DNA from: a virus
Taxonomy: Duplodnaviria > Caudoviricetes
IMG/VR virus record: IMGVR_UViG_3300034175_000127
Span: 1 to 58,695 of that record
Strand: one strand, 5' to 3'
DNA: 58,695 nucleotides
The notes below the pieces were generated by a model, which was not told where the DNA came from, searched no databases, and saw nothing but the letters and a program-made list of their open reading frames with translations. Positions 29,892-39,367 of the stretch are shown piece after piece (positions within the stretch are counted from its first letter, which is position 1; each line of letters opens with the position of its first letter). The position numbers were made by a program, and so were the translations under genes.

Positions 29892-30482
29892 ATGATCATC
29901 ACCATTTACTCAGGCAAAGGCGGCGTCGGCAAATCAACGACAACAGCCACACTCGCCCACATCTGGCGCGCGAAAAATCCGATTGTTATCGACATGGACG
30001 AACAAAAAGCAACTGCCGTGTTTGCGGAGTCGCTTGCAGGTATCAGTCGCCACGATGTCGAATCATCAGACTTTTCGCAATTCGTAGCGATCCTTGACCC
30101 GCGCCAACTCGTAATCATCGACTCGCCGCCATTGTGGTCCTTTGCCAGCGAAGCCATTCGCATAGCTGACCTCGTTGTTATCCCTTGCGTCACCGAGCTT
30201 TTACCCTTTCGCGCTACGCTTGCGACTCGCACGAACGTAGGAGGAAAAGGGCGCATTTTGCTCACTCGCTACAACTCATTCGACGCTGAAGCGAACGAAG
30301 TCCGCGCGGAGGTTAATTCGGAGCTCATGGGGAGCGTTTTTAAGAGCGTCATACCAGGCAGCCGCGCCGTGCGCGCCGCAACATTGTTGGGCCAGTGCGT
30401 CACCGAATTTGAGCCAGAAAGTAAAGCGGCAATCGCTTACTTTTCATTGGCCGAAGAAATTGAAGATTATTTGAAGTTTTAA
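29892..30482 (+). CDS. parA: ParA partition ATPase
   Basis: KGGVGKST deviant Walker A, IDMDEQ, IIDSPP. Confidence 0.92.
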   Translation: MIITIYSGKGGVGKSTTTATLAHIWRAKNPIVIDMDEQKATAVFAESLAGISRHDVESSDFSQFVAILDPRQLVIIDSPPLWSFASEAIRIADLVVIPCVTELLPFRATLATRTNVGGKGRILLTRYNSFDAEANEVRAEVNSELMGSVFKSVIPGSRAVRAATLLGQCVTEFEPESKAAIAYFSLAEEIEDYLKF

Positions 30483-30494
30483 GAGGAGCATCCA

Positions 30495-31583
30495 ATGGCT
30501 GGAGTTTTAGACCGAGCAAAAAACTCGCTCGAAGGCGTGAAAATCGCGCCCAAATCGGGCGAGATTATCTACGATAACAACGTGGGAAAAGTCAGCATCG
30601 ACGCTGTTTTTCCGATGGGGCAAGACAAATGGGGCACGATGGACACGGTTTCGCGTTCACAGCCTCGCCAGAATTTCAATGAGAAAGAAATGGCGAGTCT
30701 GGCCGAGAGTCTTAGAGAACATGGCCAGCAACAGCCTATCGTGGTGCGAAGAGCGCCCCACGTTCGCGGCGCAGATCGAGTCGCCGAATATGGCATTATC
30801 AACGGCGAGCGCCGTTGGCGGGCACTCAAAAGAATCGGCGCTACGGAAATTCTTGTGCGTGTCGTGAAAGCGGACACCCGTAGCGCTTATCGTCTGGCTG
30901 TTATCAACGATATCCACAATGTCAGCCACAACTCGCTGGAGCGAGGGCAATCGCTGATTGAATGCGAAGAGGATATGCGCGAGGAATTAACAGAGTTTTT
31001 GGCCAAGCATCTGCCGCTGGCTCTGGAACAGCCACTTTCGCAGGCTGGATATGAACGGCTGCAAAAAGTCGAGCACCTCACGCCGTTGTGGATGCGAAAG
31101 GTGTTTGAGCGTGCACTTAAAACGAAACGGCAGCCAAAGGTTATTGATGAAGATGTTGCAGCGACCGTGGGTATCACCACGAAGCGCATGCAGGATCTAA
31201 CGAAACTCACAACGCTCGAGACAGAATTCAAAACCGCACTGGAAGAAGATCAAATCAACACGCGCCACGCAGGCGCACTTTTGCGGTTACCAGACAAGAA
31301 AGCTCGCAAGAAGCTCTATAAAATGATTTTGGATGATGGCTTATCAGGTGTCGATGCCGAGCAACGCGCCAAGGATATGCTTGAGCCGATTCAGAAAATC
31401 GGCGGGACTTGGAAAATCAAAGCCGCTGATCCGATGGTTCCGATGCGCGCTGCACTTTCCAGTGTGGAAGAGGCGGCCAAGGTTCTGCGCGAAACGGATG
31501 CACCAGAAAACCGCGATGAGCTGCGGCAAATGAGCGCGCAAATGCTCGAACTTCTGGCCGAAATCGAAAGCCGTTTAGCCTGA
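30495..31583 (+). CDS. parB: ParB partition protein
   Basis: QPRQNF, LAESLREHGQQQPIVVR, NGERRWRA; directly downstream of parA. Confidence 0.92.
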   Translation: MAGVLDRAKNSLEGVKIAPKSGEIIYDNNVGKVSIDAVFPMGQDKWGTMDTVSRSQPRQNFNEKEMASLAESLREHGQQQPIVVRRAPHVRGADRVAEYGIINGERRWRALKRIGATEILVRVVKADTRSAYRLAVINDIHNVSHNSLERGQSLIECEEDMREELTEFLAKHLPLALEQPLSQAGYERLQKVEHLTPLWMRKVFERALKTKRQPKVIDEDVAATVGITTKRMQDLTKLTTLETEFKTALEEDQINTRHAGALLRLPDKKARKKLYKMILDDGLSGVDAEQRAKDMLEPIQKIGGTWKIKAADPMVPMRAALSSVEEAAKVLRETDAPENRDELRQMSAQMLELLAEIESRLA

Positions 31584-32765
31584 TTCCAACTGCTTTTGAT
31601 AGAGGTCAGCGTGTTGTTGAGCTACGATTTCCCACAACACAAGCGCCATTGGGGAGTCGGGGCGTTCTAACCTGTCCCAAAACACAGGTTCGACTTCGGC
31701 GCGCGCTAATTGGCGCAAACGCTCTTGTTCGGCCTCTGGCAGTGATTCCCAGACCGCAAAGGCTTCGCGAGGATAGATTGCGTCGTCAGGTTGCGAAGGC
31801 TTCAAAACAGGCGGTTTTGGCGCTTTAGCAACCTGTTTTGAAGTCGCGGGCGTGTCGGTAGGTGGAGCGTCAATGCGTAAGGCAACATCTCCAAACTTAA
31901 AAATCGCGATTTCACCGTCATTTCCCTTGCGGTAATCGACACTTGAGAGATAGCCACGCGAGATCAATTCTTCAATGCCAGAGACCAATTTCTCGCGGAT
32001 TTTGGACGGATAAGCGTAAGGTGCCATTCCCAGCCGGTCGCGTAGTTTCATCACACCGATTTCAAACTCACGGCGCGGTGGCTTGTGAGCATTACGCATC
32101 ATGTCCAGAAAACGAAACAGGCGGCGCGCGGTAGGAATATCCAGCGAGAGCATGAAATCCAAAGCAAGTGAGCGAACATTGCCCGCTAAAAACGACTCGT
32201 GCAGCGTTTCACTCCAACGAAACCACGAAAGGGGCAGTGTATTTTGGCCTTTGCGCCCAGGTGGCTCCGCAACAATACCAAAGGCTTCGAGCAAACCAAA
32301 TGAAACAGCTTCGTAAGTGGCTTTAGCTCGGGCGTTCCAAAATGAGTGGCGTGCACTTATTGTCACGCTGGCGAGTCGTTTAAAACAGTCTTCCAGCGTG
32401 CGATAGGTGCGCGCATCATGGCTCCAACCCATGCGTTTGAGCACATCGAAGCGCGAAAAAGGCACGAGACGCGGCCATTCACCATGGCGCGCGATTTCGC
32501 GTGTCAGCTGCAAAAGCACCAAATAAAGCAATTCTTCATTGGGCCCAGGCAAGCCTAATTCTGTGTGGCCATTGACTTCCCACGAGGCTTTCACGATTTT
32601 GCCGTTGGGGAGTTGGCGATCATATTCGTATTGAATCAGTGATTGCCCCGCTCGTGATGCCGCTTGCAAAAGCGCGAAGGGGTTTCCTGCGAGATTCATT
32701 TCATCGCGTCCCGAATGTTCTTCTCCGATTAAAACCAATGTGCTTTGCGACTTTGAGTGGAGCAT
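31575..32765 (-). CDS. repA: Plasmid replication initiator (RPA/RepA-type)
   Basis: DEMNLAGNPFAL, GLPGPNEE, ARRLFRFLD motifs; iteron array directly upstream. The ORF-track extension to 33134 reads through the iterons. Confidence 0.8.
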   Translation of the reverse strand: MLHSKSQSTLVLIGEEHSGRDEMNLAGNPFALLQAASRAGQSLIQYEYDRQLPNGKIVKASWEVNGHTELGLPGPNEELLYLVLLQLTREIARHGEWPRLVPFSRFDVLKRMGWSHDARTYRTLEDCFKRLASVTISARHSFWNARAKATYEAVSFGLLEAFGIVAEPPGRKGQNTLPLSWFRWSETLHESFLAGNVRSLALDFMLSLDIPTARRLFRFLDMMRNAHKPPRREFEIGVMKLRDRLGMAPYAYPSKIREKLVSGIEELISRGYLSSVDYRKGNDGEIAIFKFGDVALRIDAPPTDTPATSKQVAKAPKPPVLKPSQPDDAIYPREAFAVWESLPEAEQERLRQLARAEVEPVFWDRLERPDSPMALVLWEIVAQQHADLYQKQLESG

Positions 32766-32862
32766 GATTTTGGATTTTAAATTTAAAAATGTCTCTTTTC
32801 TTTTTCTTTCTAAAGAATACATTCTTTCTAAGGCTTTCCCCTTGGCATTTTGAGCGTGCTTT

Positions 32863-33078
32863 CTTCCCCCAAATACCGCGTTTCCTTCCTCTACATACCG
32901 CGTTTTGGTGGCTTTTTTCTTCCCCCAGATACCGCGTTTCCTTCCCCTGCATACCGCTTTTCCCCAAAAAGACTTCCCCCAGATACCGCGTTTCCATGTT
33001 CTAAACGCGGTATCTGGGGGAAATCCACGCTCAAACAGACTCCCTCCTTTTAAAAGAAACGCGGTATCTGGGGGAAGA
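32863..33078. repeat. Iteron array / plasmid origin
   Basis: Seven copies of TTCCCCCAGATACCGCGTTT-like units: five direct (about 32863, 32886, 32919, 32941, 32973; two degenerate) and two inverted (33003, 33056). AT-rich tract at about 32770-32830. Confidence 0.9.
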
Positions 33079-33087
33079 AATAGCCTC

Positions 33088-33558
33088 TCAGGGTGTTTTT
33101 TCTTTGCGTGGTCGTCCCCGTCCCCTCTTTTCACCCTGTGGCTTGGTTAGGTCGGTGCCGGTTTTAATCCGCGGGTATTGTTTGCGAGGTGCTGGATCAA
33201 AGCGTCGGCCGCCATTGTGGACTTCTTCGAGTGCTTCACAATAATTCCGGATTGCTGCATCGAAAAATGAGGTTTGGTCGAGAAAAAGCGGCGACCCACT
33301 CAGCGCAGCAACACAATTATCAATGCGCTGTGCGTTGTCTATGCTGACGTAGATGTTCTTCTGGCCGAGCGTTTCAGGTGGCGCGCCCGCCTTGACGAGC
33401 GAGCCAATAGCCTGCGAAGTGACGGTGCGTGACCGCCTGGGACGCACTTGACCTAACTTTTTGCGCTCGCGATGACGCTCCAGCACATCTTTGTCGTATT
33501 GGCGACGCTGTTCAGGCGTCATATTTTTGAGTGGGATTGGAAGTCGTTTAATTGGCAT
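33088..33558 (-). CDS. Ribbon-helix-helix/ParB_C-like DNA-binding protein with C-terminal AT-hook
   Basis: QTSFFDAAIRNYCEALEEVHNGGRRF; KRGRGRPRK; starts next to the recombinase stop. Confidence 0.55.
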   Translation of the reverse strand: MPIKRLPIPLKNMTPEQRRQYDKDVLERHRERKKLGQVRPRRSRTVTSQAIGSLVKAGAPPETLGQKNIYVSIDNAQRIDNCVAALSGSPLFLDQTSFFDAAIRNYCEALEEVHNGGRRFDPAPRKQYPRIKTGTDLTKPQGEKRGRGRPRKEKTP

Positions 33559-33559
33559 T

Positions 33560-34546
33560 TTAAATTCCCAGCGGCAAGTGCATCAAATCAACGGCTTTCT
33601 GTTTGTGCACCTCGCCGCGCATATCGTATTTTTGTGTTGTTGAGATTGATTCATGACCCATCAGAGCTTGAATCATCGGAGCATCGGCACCCGCTTCAAA
33701 CAAATGAGTTGCGAAGCTGCGGCGCATATCATGTGGCGAAAAGGCTTTGACGCCAGCCCGCTCGCGGCAACGTTCGAGCGATGTCAAAACCGTCTGGTCG
33801 TTGAGGCGACGCATCTCGATTTTGCCACCTTTGGGAGTTGGCAAAAACAGCGGCCCGGCATCCTCACCACGAAGCGCAATCCAAGATTCCACCATCGGAC
33901 GCACAAAAGCACTGGTCTGCACCAAACGCTCTTTGTTGCCTTTGCCACTGCGAACCCGAATCGTGCCAGTCTCACGGTCATAGTCCGCCAGATCGAGCGC
34001 CACAACTTCAGAGCGGCGCAGGCCTGCGCCATAAGCGACGATGAGCAGGGCACGATCACGAACGCCGCACGCAGTTGCAGGACAGGCTTTAATCATCGCG
34101 ACCAGCTCACCTTTCGTGAGACTGCGACCGCTCGGCAAAACCGTGCCCTTCACGCTTTTCACGTTCTTGGCGCGCATATAATCGTCGGTGTCTATCTGCT
34201 CCAGATTCCAGGCAGCTTCAAGCACTCCGCGCAGAGCGCACAACATTTTGTTGGCTGTATTTGGCTTGTGACGTCGCGCTAACTCAGATTTAAGCGCAGT
34301 CGTAAGACCCACACGAAGACCAGCCCAGTTGAAATCCATCGCGCCACAACGACCACCCGAAAGCATGAGCGCCATCGTTTCGAGTGCTGCGCCCATTGTG
34401 CGCCGACTAGAATCAGCGGAGAGGCTGGCCAGATAAAGCAAAACGGGATTCTGGTCGGCGCTCCGAGCCGGTGCCCAAATTTGAAAAGATGCTGGCAGCG
34501 ACAGCTGTGACTCGGTGGACGAAGCGGAAACGATGGACGTGCTCAT
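33560..34546 (-). CDS. Tyrosine recombinase (XerC/Cre-like resolvase)
   Basis: GLRRSEV, GKGNKER, HDMRRS, GHESISTTQKY: full R-K-H-R-H-Y catalytic set. Confidence 0.95.
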   Translation of the reverse strand: MSTSIVSASSTESQLSLPASFQIWAPARSADQNPVLLYLASLSADSSRRTMGAALETMALMLSGGRCGAMDFNWAGLRVGLTTALKSELARRHKPNTANKMLCALRGVLEAAWNLEQIDTDDYMRAKNVKSVKGTVLPSGRSLTKGELVAMIKACPATACGVRDRALLIVAYGAGLRRSEVVALDLADYDRETGTIRVRSGKGNKERLVQTSAFVRPMVESWIALRGEDAGPLFLPTPKGGKIEMRRLNDQTVLTSLERCRERAGVKAFSPHDMRRSFATHLFEAGADAPMIQALMGHESISTTQKYDMRGEVHKQKAVDLMHLPLGI

Positions 34547-34553
34547 GACAATC

Positions 34554-34582
34554 ATTATATGCCTGTAATTGAAATAATGCAA
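34554..34582 (-). promoter_or_regulatory. Sigma70 promoter of the recombinase (leaderless)
   Basis: TTGCAT-17-TATAAT, with ATG 7 nt after the -10 box. Confidence 0.75.
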
Positions 34583-34597
34583 GTATTATTTCATTTT
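34567..34597. repeat. 12-6-12 inverted-arm site, copy A (27 bp identical to 40579-40605)
   Basis: AATTGAAATAAT-GCAAGT-ATTATTTCATTT; 11 of 12 arm positions pair. Confidence 0.85.
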
Positions 34598-35400
34598 TGG
34601 CGAATCATAAGCGGGTTAACGTGCCCGGAGTCGAGATTGATAAAGGCGCCGTGTCTGTCGATTGGACCACGAAACAAACGCCAAAGCAGGTCGAGCGCGA
34701 AAGTCACAACGGTTTGGTTAATGAAGAGATCTTGCTTCTCAAGCGCTTCGGCCAGTGAGCAAGAAGGCGTGTCATCTTCAGGTAGGGCCTCATCGAGGAG
34801 CTCAGGGAAAATATCGAACAAGTGAGGAAGGCGTGGCATCAGTTCCTCTTTGACACTGTGATTTGTCCCACTCTTCAAAGCACGCTTTGAGACTGGGACT
34901 AAACGCTTTTGGGCTTGGAGTTCGCCTAAAATTACTTGGCCGTCACGCGAACGATTTCCCATGTCGAGCCAGTATTTAGAAAGGTAGTTATTCTCCATGC
35001 CCTTGAATATCTCACGCCGTGAAGCTGCTGTATCTGTGCAGGTAATCAAGATGTTGCATGAGTTTCGTCCCTGGAATTTCTCTGGGCGCGCTGTCCAATT
35101 AAGCCCATAAAAGCAGTTCAGGCGATGGATCAGCACAGTAGCTTTGTTCTGGCCGATATCGGAAGGGCTAAAGAGTTGGCGACCGACGTTACTTTCGCTC
35201 ACACGGTCAAAGTCATACGCCGTCACATCGAGACCACTCGGATGACCAATAGCCCGTAAACCACGGTCAATGCGAGCTAACCCAGTCAACATCTGTGAAC
35301 CATTGCCACCACAGCCAATAACAAAAACCGAAATGGATTGGGTCAGCATTGAGGACGCAATTGTATGCGTCTCATTATTAGGGTCAATCGGTTTCGTCAT
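34591..35400 (-). CDS. PRTRC system ThiF/E1-like protein
   Basis: GCGGNGS, DFDRVSESNVGRQ, CTD, WLDMGN..GQVILG, PSCSLAEALEKQDLFIN. Confidence 0.92.
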   Translation of the reverse strand: MTKPIDPNNETHTIASSMLTQSISVFVIGCGGNGSQMLTGLARIDRGLRAIGHPSGLDVTAYDFDRVSESNVGRQLFSPSDIGQNKATVLIHRLNCFYGLNWTARPEKFQGRNSCNILITCTDTAASRREIFKGMENNYLSKYWLDMGNRSRDGQVILGELQAQKRLVPVSKRALKSGTNHSVKEELMPRLPHLFDIFPELLDEALPEDDTPSCSLAEALEKQDLFINQTVVTFALDLLWRLFRGPIDRHGAFINLDSGHVNPLMIRQK

Positions 35401-36151
35401 GATTTAAGATGTCCTCCACTGTGACAGGGCTTTCTGCGCCTTGAATTGGTTCTAAGTAGGACCAGGGAAACCTTTCGGCCCCGACCATTTCCCGCCAGAG
35501 CGCATCATGGCTCGAATAATTGAGAAATTTGATCCGGTAATTGGAGTGCGTGTAATGGGTGTCGAAAAATGCGCGTTCCCACTGAGGAATACCACTCGTC
35601 GCCAAATTGTCTGGATAGGGTGCGTTGCCTCGGCACATCGCGCCAGTCGCGTAAAGGTTGAAATAAGGAGCGTAATAGATTGGTGTATCATTTCGAGGAC
35701 GCTCAGAATTTGCTAACGCGAAAACATAAAGGCGCCCTGGTCTTGCCAAAAACAAAAGTGATGGATGACAAACGATCTTGCCGCTCATTTCTTTATTGAA
35801 TTTTGAATTCGAAGTGCTGAAGTAAATTGGGCGTCTTTCCGAGGGAACAAACCACGCCAGCAACCCACCATCACTGCAAAGAACATGATCGGGCGAGACG
35901 GTTCGACGACTGGGTGTAGCTTCCAGTGTGCGAACCAAATTTTCCAGTGCCGGGCGGCTCAATAACTCACCGGCAGTGAGTGCCATTTTTTCCCCGTCAT
36001 TATGAACGCCGTGGACTGTAGCCAGGGCGGTATTGCTTCCTTCATAAATCAGCAGGGCGCGGTTGCATTTCAGCTGTTCGCCCTTAGGCAGAAAGCCCCG
36101 AACGGGCATCAACTCTGGCTCCGTCCTTGTCTGTGTGCGGATGAGTGTCAT
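35384..36151 (-). CDS. PRTRC system protein B (prokaryotic E2 family D)
   Basis: ATVH, WFVPSERR, LYVFAL...RP, APYFNLYATGAMCRGN, WERAFF..HYTH. Confidence 0.88.
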   Translation of the reverse strand: MTLIRTQTRTEPELMPVRGFLPKGEQLKCNRALLIYEGSNTALATVHGVHNDGEKMALTAGELLSRPALENLVRTLEATPSRRTVSPDHVLCSDGGLLAWFVPSERRPIYFSTSNSKFNKEMSGKIVCHPSLLFLARPGRLYVFALANSERPRNDTPIYYAPYFNLYATGAMCRGNAPYPDNLATSGIPQWERAFFDTHYTHSNYRIKFLNYSSHDALWREMVGAERFPWSYLEPIQGAESPVTVEDILNHDETD

Positions 36152-37461
36152 ATTAAAGTCCTAAATTCTTGGTCATCATCTTCGTTCAATATTTCCATGA
36201 GCGTGGCTTTCGCTTTAAAGGGATCGTTTTCAACGGGATCTGGCCACAATTGCGCCCACCGTTCCCGCGCCGCGACGGAAGGTCGATATTTTTTCCCGAT
36301 GTTCTTTTCCGTATTGATTGCGGTCAGAATCGAGTCGGCAAGGCGAATAAGCCGCGCGCTGCGCCTGAGCCTGTCTATGGCGCTACTGACAGAAGCTGGA
36401 TCTTCGGTGTGGAAAAGGAACGCCATGCAGCTCTCGCAGAAATCCCCCGCTTGCCATGCGTTTTCTGCGTTGTCATCGTAAACCTGAAAAGTGCAGTCGG
36501 TAGATTGCCATGCGACGAGCACAGGTATTACGAAAAAATCCCATTCGCCCAGCTCGGCAAGTTGGCTAAGTTGGTCGGGCCGTTCATTGCCCGTCGGGAG
36601 CAGAGATTTGATTTCAAGTGCTGATGTAAGTGCTTGGTGTTCCCAAGAGACAGGATCGACCTTCTGAAGCGCGCGGCGGACTGCTTTTTCATTCCAGACC
36701 GGATTTATCGCTTTTGCCGGAGCATTCTTTTCAAGTTCCAAGAGAGAGGGATTATAAAACTGGCATTTTTCGCCAGTTTCTTCCGCCTGGGCTATCTCTT
36801 CCATCAAACACTGCTCATACCAATCGCTTCCATCTAGATATTCGTGGGCATCAGTTGTTGACCATCGACCAACAGTAACCCCGAGCGCGTTTAGCAAGCT
36901 GTGAAGAGTTGCATAGCCTGCGCCTCGAGCGCGTTTTTCTAGTTGAGTGATGCACTCACTCACAATGCAGCGAATCGCGCGGCGACGCGCGGTTAGCTCT
37001 ATCATGATCGCGCCTTGGGCCCAGTCATTCTTCGCAGAGTCGGAATAATCGAAATTGAGATGAATCGTGTGCAAATCATGTATATGCAGGTCATCGCGTA
37101 CGAAACGTTCGAGCCCGCTTTGAAGTGTTTCACCGAATGAACCGCGCCAATCGTTATCGATCAAGACACCTTCACGATGAAGGGCGGCACAGATCGAGCG
37201 GGCGCTGTGGTCGGTGGCGATTTTATAACCAGTTGGAATTGTCGAGGGAATCGCGGGAATGCTAAGCGTGTTCAAGGGAGAATCGGCAATTGGTGCCAGG
37301 CGGGGCGCAGTGGCTCGCCGCGATTTTTCGCCAGAGCGTCCGACACTTGCATCGCGAGTCGTTCCGCGTCGGGGTTGCTTTGAAATTGTTCCGCGATGAG
37401 TAGTGCTTCGCCTGTCTTTGGTTTGTCTTGCAGGGCTTGGGTTAAGGTTTTGGGTTCGCAT
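36148..37461 (-). CDS. PRTRC system protein F-like
   Basis: Position upstream of proteins B and ThiF; LSIPAIPSTIP N-terminal motif; start uncertain. Confidence 0.65.
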   Translation of the reverse strand: MRTQNLNPSPARQTKDRRSTTHRGTISKQPRRGTTRDASVGRSGEKSRRATAPRLAPIADSPLNTLSIPAIPSTIPTGYKIATDHSARSICAALHREGVLIDNDWRGSFGETLQSGLERFVRDDLHIHDLHTIHLNFDYSDSAKNDWAQGAIMIELTARRRAIRCIVSECITQLEKRARGAGYATLHSLLNALGVTVGRWSTTDAHEYLDGSDWYEQCLMEEIAQAEETGEKCQFYNPSLLELEKNAPAKAINPVWNEKAVRRALQKVDPVSWEHQALTSALEIKSLLPTGNERPDQLSQLAELGEWDFFVIPVLVAWQSTDCTFQVYDDNAENAWQAGDFCESCMAFLFHTEDPASVSSAIDRLRRSARLIRLADSILTAINTEKNIGKKYRPSVAARERWAQLWPDPVENDPFKAKATLMEILNEDDDQEFRTLI

Positions 37462-37954
37462 GGTGTTTTCATGGGTTATCGCGTAACTGCAACCAAAATT
37501 AGCTTGCAATTTTTGGTTTCGCATATTGAATTGATTGTGAGTTTGGGAGTTGGTAGGTTGGCGGCAAGGAGTCAAAACGAGTGCTTTAAATCCCTTCTGC
37601 CATTTCCTGCTTCGCTGAGTGCGTTTGATGTGAAAGCTGAAAGTGAATGGTTAACGGCAAGGAGTTGAAACGAGCGCGATTTTCAGGGAGTTGAAAGGTC
37701 TTTTCCACATAAGCACGCGGGCAACTCTTTCCGTCGCTGCAATGCTACTTCCGCGCAGCGTAGGAAACGGGGCGCCGCGACTTTTGGGGCAGACTCGGCA
37801 AACGGCAAGGCCCAAAAATGGCGCGGCTCCGAGCGAACAACATTTGGGAGCCGCAAAATAGCGGGGCGCGATTTTCGCGCGAAATTGCGGTTTCGCCTTA
37901 TGCGCCCGCCGTCAGACTCAACGCGCGGGCGCCTCGGTATATGTGGTTGAGTTT

Positions 37955-38371
37955 TCATGGCGTCGCCTCATTTTCGAGCGTTTCGAGATAGGTTTCAGCG
38001 GCAATTTTGGCCGCGTCTATGTCCTCGAAGAAATCTATGAAAATGGCGTCGCCGCCGCGCTCATCAACGCGCCAAAGAGTAAAAGCGGTTTCGTTGCTGA
38101 CACAAGAGGCAACAGTAAAAGCGGGAAAAGTTTCGCCGTCGTCGTTGGTTTCGCTAACGATTTCGCCCGCTAGGGCATCGTAGTAATCAACCCACACAAG
38201 CGGGCAAAGGTGCGCCGCGATTTCGTTTAATTCTGATGTGTCACGCCCATTAAGGGCGATTAAGCGGCGCGCGGCAGTACGATAAATGACCCGCATTTTG
38301 GCAATTTCGCAAGGCGTTTTGCCCGCTTTGAGCCACTGCGCGTATTTTTGGTTAGCAGTGAGTTTCGACAT
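37955..38371 (-). CDS. Hypothetical protein
   Basis: 138-aa ORF downstream of the ArdC-like gene. Confidence 0.5.
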   Translation of the reverse strand: MSKLTANQKYAQWLKAGKTPCEIAKMRVIYRTAARRLIALNGRDTSELNEIAAHLCPLVWVDYYDALAGEIVSETNDDGETFPAFTVASCVSNETAFTLWRVDERGGDAIFIDFFEDIDAAKIAAETYLETLENEATP

Positions 38372-38381
38372 GATGTTCCGC

Positions 38382-38426
38382 CGTGAAACGGGGCCGCGTC
38401 TCCCACACGCGGCCCGCGTTTTCACG
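38382..38426. other. Long stem-loop between the ArdC-like gene and the next gene
   Basis: CGTGAAACGGGGCCGCGT-loop-ACGCGGCCCGCGTTTTCACG. Confidence 0.6.
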
Positions 38427-39297
38427 CTATCGGCTCACCCGCCTTGATTATCTTGTCAGCGGCTCCAAAGATACGCCGCGCGCTCTTTTCGGGCACTTGC
38501 TCACCTTTAAACCAGTGCTGAATGTAGCCGCGCGAGTAATCAGCGCCAGCTAAACCGAAACTTTCACAGAGAATATAGGCAACGCTTTCCGCTTCCAATT
38601 CCCTTAAATCGCGCGTGATTGTCTCACCATCAGCAAAGGTTTCGCCTGTTACATGACCTAAAACATGGTGCGCGATTTCATGGAAAAGCGTTTTATGTGG
38701 CAACGCGGCCACCGGATTAACGGCCAAGACCGCGCGCCCGTCTCGCATCCCTGCAAACCCCTGACAATTACCATCAGGATGTGAAAACGGAACTTGTGAA
38801 ATTCCAAGCACGCCAAAGGCTTTTGCTTTGTCCCATGCCAGAGCGGGCGGCTCCGGTGTCAGCATCGGTTCCCCTTCGGTTTGTGAGTAGGTGAACCAGT
38901 GAGGGCGCCAGATAAAGAAGCGGCGCACAACAACGCCAGCCGCGTTTCGTTCCGTCTCGCTCGCCTCTGTTGTTTCCGCGCCTTGCGCGTCACTTTTGGC
39001 CCGCGTTTCGACTGGTTGGCACAATTGCAAACCGCGCTCGCCCTTTTTGATTTTGCGGCCCTTATTGAGCCAGCCCGCAAACGTATCGAGAGGCCCGACC
39101 TCAATTTCGCGCGCGGTGCATTGCATAATCGCGGCGATTTGATTGCCCCGCGAGTAGGGCCAAAACGCGCGGTAGGCGTCGTGCATCAGTCCTGGAACTG
39201 TCACCGCTTCGCGCAGAATTTTTTCCCACTGCATCGGGTTAGGCTTGACTGTTGGCGCCACTTTGGGCGCGGTTACTTCTGTTGTCGTATATCCCAT
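38422..39297 (-). CDS. ardC: ArdC-like ssDNA-binding/zincin antirestriction protein
   Basis: YSRGNQ, TFAGW..GRKIKKGE, QTEGEP, HEIAHH, ELEAES, SRGYIQHW. Confidence 0.82.
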   Translation of the reverse strand: MGYTTTEVTAPKVAPTVKPNPMQWEKILREAVTVPGLMHDAYRAFWPYSRGNQIAAIMQCTAREIEVGPLDTFAGWLNKGRKIKKGERGLQLCQPVETRAKSDAQGAETTEASETERNAAGVVVRRFFIWRPHWFTYSQTEGEPMLTPEPPALAWDKAKAFGVLGISQVPFSHPDGNCQGFAGMRDGRAVLAVNPVAALPHKTLFHEIAHHVLGHVTGETFADGETITRDLRELEAESVAYILCESFGLAGADYSRGYIQHWFKGEQVPEKSARRIFGAADKIIKAGEPIA

Positions 39298-39325
39298 GAT
39301 AAAATCTTCCTTGTCGTATCCCTTG

Positions 39326-39363
39326 ACGGTTCCAGTGCGCTAACACTGGAACCGTCTTTTTTT
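39326..39363 (+). terminator. Hairpin with T-tract, antisense to the cassette
   Basis: GACGGTTCCAGTG-CGCTAA-CACTGGAACCGTC followed by a T run. Confidence 0.6.
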
Positions 39364-39367
39364 GGGT

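Noticed and set aside
32863-33078. Repeat array as a possible CRISPR
   Set aside because: Repeats are about 20 bp, occur in both orientations with irregular short gaps, and lie beside rep; there is no cas operon. They fit iterons.
32766-33134. ORF-track N-terminal extension of RepA with repeated 'KRGIWGK' peptides, plus several overlapping ORFs
   Set aside because: These are translations of the DNA iterons; the plausible start is ATG 32765.
33709-33726. TTGCGAAGCTGCGGCGCA as another palindrome copy
   Set aside because: Only half the core matches and it lies in the constrained HDMRRSFA coding motif.
33560-34546. Recombinase as evidence of an integrated prophage
   Set aside because: No host genes or attL/attR junctions are in the window, and the par/rep context favours a resolvase. 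Integration is not excluded.
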